Of a stretch of DNA of 64,000 bases, positions 40,871-54,015 are shown piece by piece. The DNA comes from Octopus vulgaris (taxonomy: Eukaryota), in assembly GCA_951406725.2 (NCBI GenBank), contig OX597823.1:115382001-115446000 (forward strand), read 5' to 3'. The translations under genes were made by a program, and so were the position numbers. Position 1 is the stretch's first letter. Every line of letters starts with the position of its first letter. The notes under the pieces were generated by a model. It was not told the DNA's origin. It searched no databases and worked only from the letters and a program-made list of their open reading frames with translations.

Positions 40871-41931
40871 AATAAGTACCAAAATTACTAACCTGTTACC
40901 AAAATTAGAATTATTTCTGGTAGAATGCTTCTGCTGATGCCTTTAAAATACCATTGGCTCTGTTCACTTCTGGTTTCCTCTTTCACTTAGATTTTCATAG
41001 AGATACTCACATCAGTAGGGCAGCTGATGTCTATAATGGCACATATAATCTGTCCCAGACCATAATATCCAGCCCTTGCACTTGGTAGCAGTTTTGATGA
41101 GAATATTTCAACAATATTTCTTATGTTGAGGTTTGTATATCTTATTCAATAACAAAGGATTCTCTATATTTATCCCAGGACAGTCTTTTTGTATCTTTAG
41201 GTAGCACTGTGGGCAGACGTAAAGAATTACACATCCAGTGGATTACCAGTGGCCTCTACCTTCTGCAGATCTTACACAGACAATGCTAATATCTCATTTC
41301 TTTACTGCCCACAAGGGACTAAACATAGAAGGGACAAACTAGGACAGACAAATGGATTAAGTCGATTACATCGACCCCAATGTGTAACTGGTACTTAATT
41401 TATCAACCCCGAAAGGATGAAAGGTAAAGTCAGCCTCGGCGGAATTTGAACTCAGAATGTAACAGCAGACGAAATACGGCTATGCATTTCGCCTGGTGTG
41501 CTAACGTTTCTGCCAACTCGCCGCCTTGCAATGCTAATATCTTACTCACTTCCATATAACATCACTGTTCTTATACCTATTTCACACTGTGATGGCCTTA
41601 TAGTATGTATATGTATGTATGTATGTATGTATGTATGCATGTGAGCACGCATGTACATATGTTCTCTTTTACTTTTAATTATTTGAAGTCTTCCTATAAA
41701 GAAGGAGTTGGTATCAAACAAAGCTTCATTGTTGGAATGTCAGCAGTAAAAACAATGTCACATTTTGAACTTGAGAAAAGTCTTGTATAATTTTACTGCT
41801 CCGCTTACTGATTCTATTTGTAATGTGCATGTGAGCTGGTTGATTCCCTTTTCTGAAAACCTTAGCTTTTTTTTTTTTTAGAGTGTCACTTTGGTATTTA
41901 CTCACATGACCAAATGCACCAACTAAATGTT

Positions 41932-42160
41932 TTAACCCTTTTGTTATTGTATTTATTTTGAGATGCTCTGTGTTTCTTTCAATTACTCTAAATATAACAA
42001 AGAATTTAGTAAAATAACTTAGTTATCATTGAGCTAGTGTTAGGAACATAAATTGTGACTAAGATTTGGTGAAAGATTTGAATTCAAAGCTTATGAAAAC
42101 AAGACATTTATACTAAAGAGCCAGAGCCGGTTTCAGTCGGGTTGGTAACAAAAGAGTTAA
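41932..42160. mobile_element. piggyBac-like MITE
   Basis: TTAA-CCCTTTTGTTA ... TAACAAAAGAG-TTAA. Confidence 0.75.
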
Positions 42161-42413
42161 AGCAGATACTTATTGTTATCCTCTTTCTCTTAGATTTTCA
42201 TAGAGATACTCACATCAGTAGGGCAGCTGATGTCTATAATGGCACATATAATCTGTCCCAGACCATAATATCCAGCCCTTGCACATGGTAGCAGTTTTGA
42301 TGAGAATATTTCAACAATATTTCTTATGTTGAGGTTTGTATATCTTATTCAATAACAAAGGATTCTCTATATTTATCCCAGGACAGTCTTTTTGTATCTT
42401 TAGGTAGCACTGT

Positions 42414-42841
42414 TTTTCTGGGTATTTTTTTTTTACAAAATCCCCCATTTTCAAGTACAGAGATTCTGATTCTGCAAAAAAAAAGAAAAGAAAAAAAAAC
42501 AGTAGTTTAATTTTACCTCCACCCCCACCCCACCAAATTTTTTCAATTTTCACTTTTTCCAGAAATTTTTTTTTTTGTGAAATACGTAGAAAAATACAGA
42601 GATTATCTCCATATTTTTCTATGTATTTTGCTAAAAAAATTTCTGAAAAAGTGAAAATTGAAGCTCTGTATTTTCCTACATATTTTGCAAAAAGACATTT
42701 CTGAAAAAAATGATAATTGAAGAATTTGGAGGGAAGGGGGGGGATAAAAATTTTAAAATGCTGTTTTTCTTTTTTTTTGCAGAATCAGAATCTCTGTACT
42801 CAAAAATGGCGGAATTCTGTAAAGAAAAAAAAACGTCCGCC
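42414..42841. mobile_element. Foldback/MITE with long TIRs
   Basis: AGTACAGAGATTCTGATTCTGCAAAAAAAA / TTTTTTTTGCAGAATCAGAATCTCTGTACT; flanked by GCACTGT(G). Confidence 0.8.
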
Positions 42842-44428
42842 GCACTGTGTATTGCTTTCACATATCATGTCACATTGGAAAAGAGTACCTTGAAGAGTTT
42901 TTGGACTACTGTTGATCACATGTATGATGTCTTCTCTGGAAATGTGACAAACATAATCAACATCTTTAGTTTCATATCAGGGTTCCAGGGGCCACGCTGT
43001 TTCTTTTGTTTATTAGGCATTTTGTAGCATCTCTAGCTTTTGCACTGCAAATGCATAGCCTTCAAAGTGTGATGTGATATAGTAGTTGAGAGTCCACGAA
43101 TGGTTGTATGTATGTATGTATGTATGTGCATGTATATGCATGTCATGTTGATATGTATGTATGTGCATGGATGTATTTATGTATATGTGCTTGTGTATCA
43201 TCATTTGACATCTGTTATCCATGCCGTCATGGGTTGGACAGTCTGACTGGATCTGATGAGCCACAGAGTTACATCAGGCCCCAGGGTCAGTTTCAGCATG
43301 GTTTCTACAGATGGATGTCCTTCCTAATGCCAACCACTTTACAGTGTTCACTGGGTGCATTTTTCGTGACAGTGTCCACAAGTGAGGCCACCAAGTAATT
43401 TGTTAGACAAAGTAAAGAAAGGAAAAGGAACTGTGGCAGAGATAGGGGTTAGAGATACATGAGGGATGCTATAGCAAGTGGAGCATGGGTAGCAGATGTG
43501 AAATGGTGCTGAGAATGATCGCAGATGGGAAAGACATTAAAGATAAGGCATAGTGGACCTATGATAAATCTCAGAGTGGAGTGAAAGATTATTGGAAGCA
43601 CTGATAGGGGTTGGTAAGAGGAAAGTAGTAGAGATAGGGATGATAATGGGAGAAGGGTAACTGGTTCTACCCAAGGGAGAATGAAGCACATGCTGTTCTA
43701 CTCTCAAATGATTACAGCAATTGAGTAGTACCAGAGATACAAGAGTGATGGAGGCACCTGTGGGAGGGTGGAATGCTTGATGTAGATAGATTAGCTAAAG
43801 GGCCCAGTATGTATGAGGATGAGCATAATACTTTTAGGACCTCACTTCTACCATAATGATTGGGTCTACATGAGCACAGTGAATCACTAATCATCTTGGT
43901 CTTTTGTCATTTTTTCCAAGAAGCTCAATATCCTGAGATTCATCTTTACCACTTTGTCTTGCATCTTCCTTGTTCTCCCTCTTCCACAAGATCCATCTAC
44001 TTTAAGTGTCTGGCACTCTTTTATATAGCTGTCCTCATCCATATGCATCATAAGACCAAACCATTGCAGTTTTCTCTTGCATGCAACATCAAATTTTCTT
44101 ATATCAAAGTTTTCTCTTTACCCATTTGCACTTTTGTAGAGTGACAGTGCACATCTATCAGAACTTACTAACTTCATTCATTTCCTCCATTGCTCCCTCT
44201 TTCATCTCTCCACTTTCTCTTCACTTATTCTTTCTCTTTTTACACTTGCTGAGTTTGGCAGAAAGGGCAGCAACCATAACCCTTGCAAGCTCTCTGAGAC
44301 AGGTAAGATCGATACTATTAATGGTCTTTTTAAACAAATCATGGGAAAAACTATGATCTGCAGGACTTTCTGAATAGCATGCCAATGAAAAATTACCATA
44401 ATTTTTTTGGGAGGCTGATATCAACAAA

Positions 44429-45218
44429 AGGTGGCTCACGTAAGTTGGAATTTCTCTGTTTTGACAGAGTTGTTTCAGATTTCTTTTCACAGTACCCTTG
44501 GAAATAATCTGGAGCATCCTTTTAACAAAAAAAAAAAAATTTTCAAGAAATACTCCCCCCCCCCCATCCTCCCCTCTCTGAACTGATTTTGGTTGATTTT
44601 GTGGGCACTATATATGATGATTTTTGCGGGCACTACACACTTAAAAACTGTAGAAGCTTTTTTTGGTAATAAATAAAACAAAGATGTAAATATTTTCAGA
44701 CATAAAGGTGTGTGATTTAAGGGAGATTTGGCTGTTGTTTCTAGCATATCCTATGACCAGTAAGATTTAAGGTTGACAAAAATCATAAATTTTCAAAAAA
44801 ATGTTTTTTAATAACATAACTGAGTTTATGCTATTAATGGGGAGAAAATATTGAAAATAATCAGAGTGAGAAAGAAACAAGGAAGGTGGTCATGGAATAT
44901 GCTAGCAACAACAGTCAAATCTCCATTAAATCACAGCTTCTCATCTAAAAATATCTCCTTTTTTTTTTCAGAGCAAAGGTTTCTTCTATAGTTTTTCAAG
45001 TGCATTGTTTGCCAAAACATCATCATGCATAGTTCCCACAAAAGTGACCAAAATCAGTCCAGAGACAGAAGATGGGGGTGGGGCTTAAAAAAACATTTTA
45101 CGAAAACGTTTTTTTTGTTAAAACGATGCTGCAGATCATTTCTAAAGACATTGTGAAAAAATGAAAATCTGAAAAATTCCTGTCAAAACAGAGGAATTCC
45201 AACTTTTGTGGACCACCT
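44429..45218. mobile_element. ~790-bp foldback element
   Basis: AGGTGG...AAGTTGGAATTTCTCTGTTTTGACAG / CTGTCAAAACAGAGGAATTCCAACTT...CCACCT; inverted similarity continues for over 300 bp. Confidence 0.8.
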
Positions 45219-45894
45219 ATTGCTGGTTTTTTATTTTTTTTTTATTTTAGTAATATGACTTATGTGAGGATGAGCCATGTCTCGTAAGGGCTGCTTCTCA
45301 AAATATGTTATCCTTGCCTGATTTAAACTCTTCTAGGAATGATGTGAGTAGTGAGGAAATTCCAGACAGTCGATGTTCTTAGGAAGGATTGGATACAGTG
45401 GTTACTCCAAATACATCTACTTCCTCTAATGCAAACTCTTCTGACCTCTAACAAATCATCAACCACATCTCTTCTTGCATCAAGTACATTCATCTCACCT
45501 TACTCTTGGCTGTGTGGTAAGTAGCTAGCTTACCAACCACATGATTCTGGGTTCAGTCCCACTGCATGGTACCTTGGGCAAGTGTCTTCTACTCTAGCCT
45601 CGGGCCGACCAAGGCCTTGTGAGTGGATTTGGTAGATGGAAACAGAAAGAAGCCCATCGTATATATGTATATATATATATATGTGTGTGTGTGTGTTTGT
45701 CCTCCCAACATTGCTTGACAACCGATGCTGGTGTGTTTACGTCCCGGTAACTTAGCGGTTCGTCAAAAAGAGACTGATAGAATAAGTACTAGGCTTACAA
45801 AGAATAAGTGCTGGGGTCGATTTGCTCGACTAAAGGCTCCAGCATGGCCACAGTCAAATGACTGAAACAAGTAAAAGAGTAAAAGACAGTCACT

Positions 45895-47330
45895 CAACTT
45901 GGCTTTGACATCAAAATCAATGCCATTTGAGTTGAACCAAAATCTCTTGCAGTCCTCCACTCTTTGCATCAACTGGTTTCACTCTCTACCCACATCTTTC
46001 TTTGACCAACATACAGAAATTGCAAACTCTCTTAATCTCTTTCTCACTTCCAGCTTCTTGCCTATGGACTCTGTCCATTCATCATCTCCTGGGTTAGTGG
46101 CTTCCTGTTAGATCACACCATCTCAGCATGTGTTGATTGGTCTCTTTTTGACTATGTTCTATCAGCTCTAGTGTATCCCAGTTTGGTTTTGTCCACCCCT
46201 CCATAACCTACCTTACGCAAGCTTCATCCCCATGCAACCTAGACACCTCATGCCAATTCTTCACTGACCCCATGATCATAGACCTCGTAAGCAACCCACA
46301 ATGAAATTATACCAACATGTCAGTCTTGACTCCTTCAGCAACAAAAATACAAAAATCACTACTCATATTCAGAAAACATTACTGCCACCCGCTCAAAATG
46401 CTGAGCCTTATGAAGGAGATGACAGGACTTGGATATGTGGTTCATTGCTGTACACAAAATCTGCCCACTGCAACAGAATTGAGACCCTAAAACCAAGGTG
46501 CCATATAAGAAGCATTGGTTTAAGTGTTGGGTCCATGTAAAATGCACCCAGTACACTCTGTAAAGTGGTTGGCATCAGGAAGGGTATCCAGCTGTAGGAA
46601 CCATGACAAACAGACTATGGAACTCAGCATGGCCCCTGGCCTAGCCAGTTCCTGTCAAGCCATCCAACCCATGCCAGCATGGAAAACAGGCGTTAAATGT
46701 TGATGATGAGGATCAGTTTGGAACTAGAACCCTAAATTTTGCAAGAAATTCAAGCCTTCATTGTTTTTAAGGTTTTTTTTCCTTCTGAACATACACTTTT
46801 AGTCTAAAAAAAAAAAACTGCATCGCAAAGACTATCTTTTCTCTTTAAAGTCAGAAAATCTGTGACCAATAACTACTTATCCTCTGCAAAGATCTAGTAA
46901 GAGACATTACGTAGTGCCACAGAGACAGACTGTGTCATAGGAAGAAAGGCTATGTGATAGATTGTCATAAAGTTCCTCGCCAACAAACTCCAACCTGTGG
47001 CTCACTGGTGAACTGTCTCTTCTCTCACATACTCAAAACTTTGGCTCACTGATGAACTGTCTCATCTTGCTGTCTTTTCAACTGCTAGTACGGTCATCTC
47101 TCTTTCCTGAACCTTGTTTATCATAGACTACCTCCACTCAAGTTCTTCCAACTCTCTCGTTTTTCCTTTTTCATTACTCATACTTTTTTTTCCCTCCCTG
47201 AAGTCCTTTTACTAACAACTGTGTTCAGCCTTTCCTTTGCATGTTCACAGCATTCTGGAATTTTCCCTTCACAATTGTTTTTCCTGCAACTATCACACTG
47301 CAACAGTTTAAGAACCTTAGCTGCTTCACT
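45895..47330 (+). mobile_element. Very degenerate CR1/L2-group LINE relic with nested repeat
   Basis: Remnants of SWVSGFL.D.TIS, SSV.Q...LS, LQP.AH..TVSSL, FWN.P...FP.TI.LQQFK; an opposite-strand 3' piece lies at about 45310-45400. Confidence 0.6.
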
Positions 47331-47579
47331 CTCTCTGATCCCTGATGACAAGACAAGGCTCCTTATTACAGATTAAATCGGAATACTTAACCAGTTATTT
47401 CTGGCACCCCAATCCCAGAGAACCTGAAAATTCAATCTAATCATAAATATTTCTAACATCATTTGATAGTGTTGTCCCCATGCCTCCCATCAAATGAGGT
47501 ACCAGGTTTAATGTAGTTAATTAGGAGTCTGCAGTTTTCTTTAATTAGTAATTTTATCCAGTGATTTTAACATCAAACC

Positions 47580-48180
47580 TACATGAGAAATAAGTATATT
47601 TCTTATGAAACTGGATTTCGGTTCTTAAGTAAAAATAATTCAGACTCTGATAATACAGTTAAATCAACACCTAATTCTGAGAGGAGTACTAGTAGAAATT
47701 ATTTGAAACACGGGTACCAAATTTTAGTGAATAAATGCCTGTGTTATTGTAAAGGACTAAATTGTCTGTCCTTGAGAAAATCAGTGTTTTAGGAAAAATA
47801 TAGTGTATTAGTGTAAGGTAATAACAGGAGATCATAAGTATTTTTACATAGATTCATCTGCTGCAATTTGGAAATTTAGAATTCATAATCATTCTCATTC
47901 TTTTAAGTATAGAAGAAAATGTAATTCTAAAAATCTTAGTAAATGCATTTGAGATTTGAAAATAATAGGAACATTAAGTATGATTCAAATTGGTCCATTT
48001 TTAGTTACTCACCATTGTATAATAACAGCAATTCTACATGTGAGCTTTGTCTTGAAGAAATATGTTGTATAATTACTTATTTATTAATACTATTAAATTT
48101 TAATGGTAATTTTACAATGAAATGTTGTCACAAATTTTGGAAGGCATTTAAATATTTCAATTCTTACTTATAATTGCTTT
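47580..48180 (+). mobile_element. Penelope-like element GIY-YIG endonuclease relic
   Basis: C.C..LNC...KNIVY*CKV...YFYID.S...FRIHNHSHSFK...LSKCI*DL...NIKYDSNWSI...CELCLEE. Confidence 0.8.
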
Positions 48181-48754
48181 TCATATACTGTATAATAAGC
48201 ATAATTTTTCTAAAACAGATTAGTTTATTTAATAAATAGATAAATAATTGTTGTAACATAGAATTCATATGTTTATTTTATATTCTTTCATTATCCACTG
48301 ACATCACCAAGAGTTGAATAAAAAAAATAACTTAACTTAGATTATATTTCTTCTTAAAACTCTTTTTGTATGCTCTTGGGTACTGGAGATATTTTCTTAG
48401 TTCACTTTAAATTTAACTAATTTTGGATCACCTTGAAAAGATTGTGTTAACATGTATTTTTAGATATATTAATTTGAATGATATTTTCTGTATCTAAATA
48501 TGATGATATATCTGTTTTGTATTATGAATTCAGCAATTAAAGATGTAATTTCTTCTATCTGTAGTTTTGTTGTTTGGTACTCTGAGTTTTCTGATGAGGA
48601 ATTATTTTGGATATGTTTTTTACTTGCATTTATTGGTGTACTAGGGTTTAAAAAAAAAGTAAGTTCTAGGGTCAATTCGTTCAGCTAAAATTCCTCAAGG
48701 CAGTGCCACAGCATGGCTACAGTTTAATAATCGAAACATGTAAAACACAAAAGA

Positions 48755-49563
48755 TGAGTGGATGTGTGGTAAGTAGCTTGCTTACCAACCACATGGCTCC
48801 GGGTTCAGTTCCACTGCGTGGCACCTTGGGCAAGTGTCTTCTGCTACAGCCTCAGGCTGACCAAAGCCTTGTGAGTGGATTTGGTAAGAATGAAACACAT
48901 CGTATATTTGTATATATGTATGTGTGTATATGTTTGTGTGTCTGTGTTTGTTGTGGCACCATCGCTTCACAACCGATACTGGTGTGTTTACGTCCCCGTA
49001 ACTTAGCGGTTCGGCAAAAGAGACCGATAGAATAAGTACTAGGCTTACAAAGAATAAGTCCTGGGGTTGATTTGCTCGACTAAAAAGGTGGTGCTCCAGT
49101 ATGACCACTGTCAAACGACTGAAACAAGAAAAAGAGTAAAAGAGTATATGCATATAGGCGCAGGAGTGGCTGTGTGGTAAGTAGCTTGCTAACCAACCAC
49201 ATGGTTCCGGGTTCAGTCCCACTGCGTGGCATCTTGGGCAAGTGTCTTCTGCTATAGCCCCGGGCCGACCAATGCCTTGTGAGTGGATTTGGTAGACGGA
49301 AACTGAAAGAAGCCTGTCGTATATATGTATATATATATGTATGTATGTGTATGTCTGTGAGTCTGTGTTTGTCCCCCTAGCATTGCTTGACAACCGATGC
49401 TGGTGTGTTTACATCCCCGTCACTTAGCAGTTTGGCAAAAGAGACCGATAGAATAAGTACTGGGCTTACAAAGAATAAGTCCTGGGGTCGATTTGCTCGA
49501 CTAAAGGCGGTGCTCCAGCATGGCCGCAGTCAAATGACTGAAACAAGTAAAAGAGTAAAAGAG
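48755..49563 (+). mobile_element. Two head-to-tail CORE-type SINEs
   Basis: The younger copy (49157-49560) sits in the tail of the older one, with TSD GAGTATATGCATATA (49142-49156 / 49561-49575). Confidence 0.9.
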
Positions 49564-50880
49564 TATATGCATATATACATATATCTACATACATGTGTGT
49601 GTGTGTGTGTGTGTAAGTTGGCTCACACTTTGCTACAGATAACATGTAGCCCAGTACAAGCTGTTATTTGGTCAGGCTCTTGACAACTAAATCAGCCACA
49701 TTGTCAAGGTTACTTGGTGAGGAAGGGGATTTTCGTTGGATAATCTGTAGGGTAAAAACAAGATTTATCAAAAGGCAGGTAAACTTTGTAGAGTCATCAT
49801 CAGCCATCCAACAGTTGGAAGCGAGAACTCCCCAGTCTTCTTTCTAGGGAAATGCAAGCTCGGATGTAACACACGTGACTTCATTTCCACTCAATGCTGG
49901 AGCCTGTAGTTCTTCCTTTTGGACAAATGCATCTGTTGTTTAGAGAGTGAGATTGGTCCTATGCAAAGGCTTCCTTCTCTTTGAAAAGCTTCAAGCTCAG
50001 GCACTGCTTATTCTAGACACACACACACACACACACTTGTATGTATGTCAAAATCGAAGTCGATCAACATCAATGGAAATTGTAGCTGTGATACCAGTGC
50101 CGGAGGCACATAAGCGAATCATCCGATCGCGGATGTTGCCAGCGTTGCCCCGACTAGCCTCCGTCCCGGTGGCACGTAAAAAGCACCATCTGATCGTGGC
50201 TGTTGCCTGCCTCGCCTGGCTCCCGTGCCGGTGGCACGTAAAAAGCATCATCCGTCCGTGGCCGTTTGCCAGCCCCGTCTGGCACCTGTGCCGGTGGCAC
50301 GTAAAAAGCACCCACTACACTCATGGAGTGGTTGGCGTTAGGAAGGGCATCCAGCCGTAGAAACATTGCCAGATCAGACCGGGCCTGGTGCAGCCTTCTG
50401 GCTTCCCAGACCCCAGTTGAACCGTCCAACCCATGCTAGCATGGAAAGCGGACGCTAAATGATGATCATGATTACTATTGATATATTTGTTATGTGCTGC
50501 ATAATTATAATAAGCTGTAAACAAAAAAAAGTGAACCACCTGAAGAAAATTTCTGTAATGGAATGAAAGCATGTGTTAATATGTCAGCTGTCTGAACACC
50601 TACTGCAAGAGGTGCCCATCATTGCAACATCTGTGCAAAAGTGTGTGAGTCTTTAGCAAAAACCATATCTCTATCAATCAAGAGGTGACATTGCATGAAA
50701 CTAAGTTGTATCCATAATATAAGTTTATGTGCACCCATACACACGCACACATACGTTATAAATATTTATGTGTTTTTAACTTATAATGAAATGGTATTAG
50801 CTTTTTTTTGTTGAGACTTTCAGAACATTCTTTTAATCTTTCCTCGCCATTAGACAGAGTTTTGCATTGGTTGTTTTTAG

Positions 50881-51064
50881 GTTTCGTAATGTGCATATTA
50901 TACAGGCTTTACGAGTTTCCAGTCTGAGCATTAGCAGAAAACAATGGAGTCAATGAAGACCTGTGATTATTGGAGGAAATTTAAAATATGGCAGAATGCA
51001 AAGAATAGATAAAATTTCAATGACTACAATGGAATTATTAACTGAAGCTATCAGAAGTGACAGG
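50881..51064 (+). other. Candidate internal exon
   Basis: Unique sequence bounded by TTGTTTTTAG| and AGG|GTGTGT; no frame fully open. Confidence 0.35.
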
Positions 51065-51605
51065 GTGTGTGTGCATGCATACACACACACACTTACATAC
51101 ATACATACATACATATATATATATGTATATATATATATGTATGTATGTATATATCTATCTACCTATCTATCTACCTATCTATCTATCTATATATCACTTT
51201 TACTCTTTTACTTGTTTCAGTCATTTGACTGCGGCCATGCTGGAGCACCACCTTTAGTTGAGCAAATCGACCCCGGGACTTATTCTTTGTAAGCCCAGTA
51301 CTTATTCTATCGGTCTCTTTTGCCGAACCGCTAAGTGACAGGGACGTAAACACACCAGCATCGGTTGTCACGCAATGCTAGGGGGACAAACACAGACACA
51401 CAAACATATACACACACATACATATATATATATATACATATACACGACAGGCTTCTTTCAGTTACCGTCTACCAAATCTACTCACAAGGCATTGGTCGGC
51501 CCGAGGCTATAGCAGAAGACACTTGCCCAAGATGCCACGCAGTGGGAATGAACCCGGAACCATGTGGTTGGTAAGCAAGCTACTTACCACACAGCCACTC
51601 CTTCA

Positions 51606-51656
<51 letters not shown>

Positions 51657-51671
51657 CTATCTATCTATCTA

Positions 51672-51746
<75 letters not shown>

Positions 51747-52088
51747 ATGTATGTATGTATGTGTGTATATATATATCTGTAAATGTAGTATGTGACTGTT
51801 ATTCCATAGCCATGATTAAACTCTGAGTTTCGGATGCCAGGGTGGAAATCCATGCCACCATCGCTTCAGTTATCCAGCCATCGGAAAAGTGGCTATGAAA
51901 ATGACCGTAGAACAAAAGGAAATTACTGTGTGATTTATGCATGTATATATAAGTATGCATATATATATATTTATGCATATATATATATATATACATATAC
52001 ATATTTGTGTATATATAAGTATGCATATATATATATATATACATATATATGTATGCATATATATATATATATACATATATATATATGC

Positions 52089-52123
<35 letters not shown>

Positions 52124-52309
52124 CATATGTATATATATATATATACATATTTATGTATATATAAGTATGCATGTATGCATATTTATGTATATATAAGTAT
52201 GCATATATATATATTTATGCATATACATATATATACACACATATACATACATATGCACATATATATATATATATACACATACATAAATATGTATACATTC
52301 ATACATATG

Positions 52310-53412
52310 TGAAGGCATGTGGCTTAGTGGTTAGGGCATTCGGTTCATTATTGCAAAGTTGTGAGTTCAACTCCTGGTGATGCATTGTGTCCTTGAGCAA
52401 AACACTTTTTACTTCACATTGCTCCAGTCCAATCAGCTGGCAAAACTGAGTAGCCCTTGTATTTCAAAAGGGCCAGCCTTGTCACATTCTGTGTCACGCT
52501 GAATCTCCCTAAGAACTACGTTAGGGGTACGCGTGTCTGTGGAGTGCTCAGCCACTTGCATGTTAATTTCATGAGCAAGCTGTTCTGTTGATCGTATCAG
52601 CTGGGATCCTTGTCGTTATAACCAACGGAATGCTCCTTTGTGGAGGCGCAATGGCCCAGTGATTAGGGCAGCGGCCTCGTGGTCGTAGGATCGCGGTCTC
52701 GATTTCCAGGCCAGGCATTGTGAGTGTTTATTGAGTGAAAACACTTAGAGCTCCAGCAAGGGGTGGTGGTGAACCCTGCTGTACTCTTTCATCACAAAAT
52801 TCCGTGCAGCTCGGAATTTTGTCAGGGAACAGTTCAATTTTGACTTTTCCCCCAACACTAACCCTAACCCTAAAACCGTAACCGTAAGTACAGAAATGTT
52901 TTGAAATTTTTATCCGAATCGTGATGTCCGTATTTCCCTGCATATTTAGAAGAAAAAAAATCTTTAAAAAAAAATTTGCAAAGATTTTTTGAAAATATTT
53001 CAGAATCCTAATCTCCGTATTTTCCTGCATATTTTGAAAAAAAAAAAAAAAAAAAAATGGTGAAAAAAGTTAAAAATGAAGGAAATGGGGGGGGGGGGGA
53101 GTAATTTAGAAACGTCAATTTTTGCCAAACCCCTAAAGCTCCACGAGGCTCCGGCAGGGGATGGTGGTGATCCCTGCTGTACTCTTTCACCACAACTTTC
53201 TCTCACTCTTACTTCCTGTTTCTGTTGTACCTGTATTTCAAAGGGCCGGCCTTGTCACTCTCTGTGTCACGCTGAATATCCCCGAGAACTACGTTAAGGG
53301 TACACGTGTCTGTGGAGTGCTCAGCCACTTACACGTTAATTTCACGAGCAGGCTGTTCCGTTCATTCGGATCAACCGGAACCCTCGTCGTCGTAACCGAC
53401 GGAGTGCTTCCA
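52310..53412 (+). mobile_element. Nested SINE cluster with intervening AT-rich element containing (CCCTAA)-like repeats
   Basis: Two different tRNA heads share the same 3' module (52455-52635 and 53230-53410); insertion at about 52798-53130. Confidence 0.75.
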
Positions 53413-53894
53413 TCCATTCGCCGTAACCGAAAAGTGGGGTTTGTGTCGAAAAAGAAAAAAAACAAAATTTTCTTAAAGGGTGGGTGTTGGTGGTGGGGGG
53501 GACGGGAGTCTTGCTCACAAAATACAAAGATGAAGAAATAAAAACGATCTAAGAAGATTACAGTAAAAACAAAACTAAAGGTGAGTAGATGATAAAAAAT
53601 AATCGGCATAAGACAAGATGAGTGAAAAAGAAAACAACAGGTAAGTAAAAAGAGGGCAACTTGTAAATAGTAAGAGATTATTAAAAACAGAACAAAAACA
53701 AAAGCTACAGTATTGAGCCGTATCAAATGTAGGAAATGAAGGGACACCGCAATACATAACCTCAGCATTTGGATATTAATTTACTTCTTACTGAAAGGTG
53801 ACATTTCACTCTACCCGATACTTTTGAAACACCACATGCTTAGATCTATACATTACAGAATTTTTCTGGGTATCTCTTTATTTGCCACGTACAG

Positions 53895-54015
53895 ATCAGC
53901 CAGAAGAAAATCAGTGCTAGAAATGTTTCCCCTGTGAAACATAGCAAGCGAACTTGCTGGTAATAATATACTTAATAGAATGAGCCCAAAACCAATAAAA
54001 ACATTTGTTTTTTTC
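53895..54015 (+). other. Candidate terminal exon and polyadenylation site
   Basis: Acceptor TCTCTTTATTTGCCACGTACAG|, AATAAA at 53994-53999, U-rich tract at 54004-54050. Confidence 0.35.

Larger units (their letters stand above)
40975..43105 (-). mobile_element. R4/NeSL-type (RLE) non-LTR retrotransposon C-terminal relic, interrupted and partly duplicated
   Basis: SHFEGYAFAVQ..., remnants of the CCHC knuckle, then IKTAT.CK..LDIMVWDR...IIDISCPTDVSISMKI*EKEDN (PD-(D/E)xK-type nuclease). Confidence 0.75.

Noticed and set aside
45251-45500. Strong acceptor followed by a Ser-rich frame
   Set aside because: In-frame stops; the opposite strand matches a LINE 3' coding end.
48496-48590. C/D snoRNA-like boxes (ATGATGA...CTGA)
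   Set aside because: Weak terminal stem, no rRNA-complementary guide recognised; expected by chance in AT-rich DNA.
49527-49550. SINE tail stem followed by GAAAC-AA-GTA, hammerhead-like
   Set aside because: No CUGANGA or helix I; better explained as the LINE-recognition stem-loop.
50882-51064. 61-codon frame interrupted by a single TGA (50954-50956), suggesting a selenoprotein
   Set aside because: No known Sec motif context, no SECIS-like hairpin seen in the short putative 3' exon, and the phase is incompatible with the candidate first exon.
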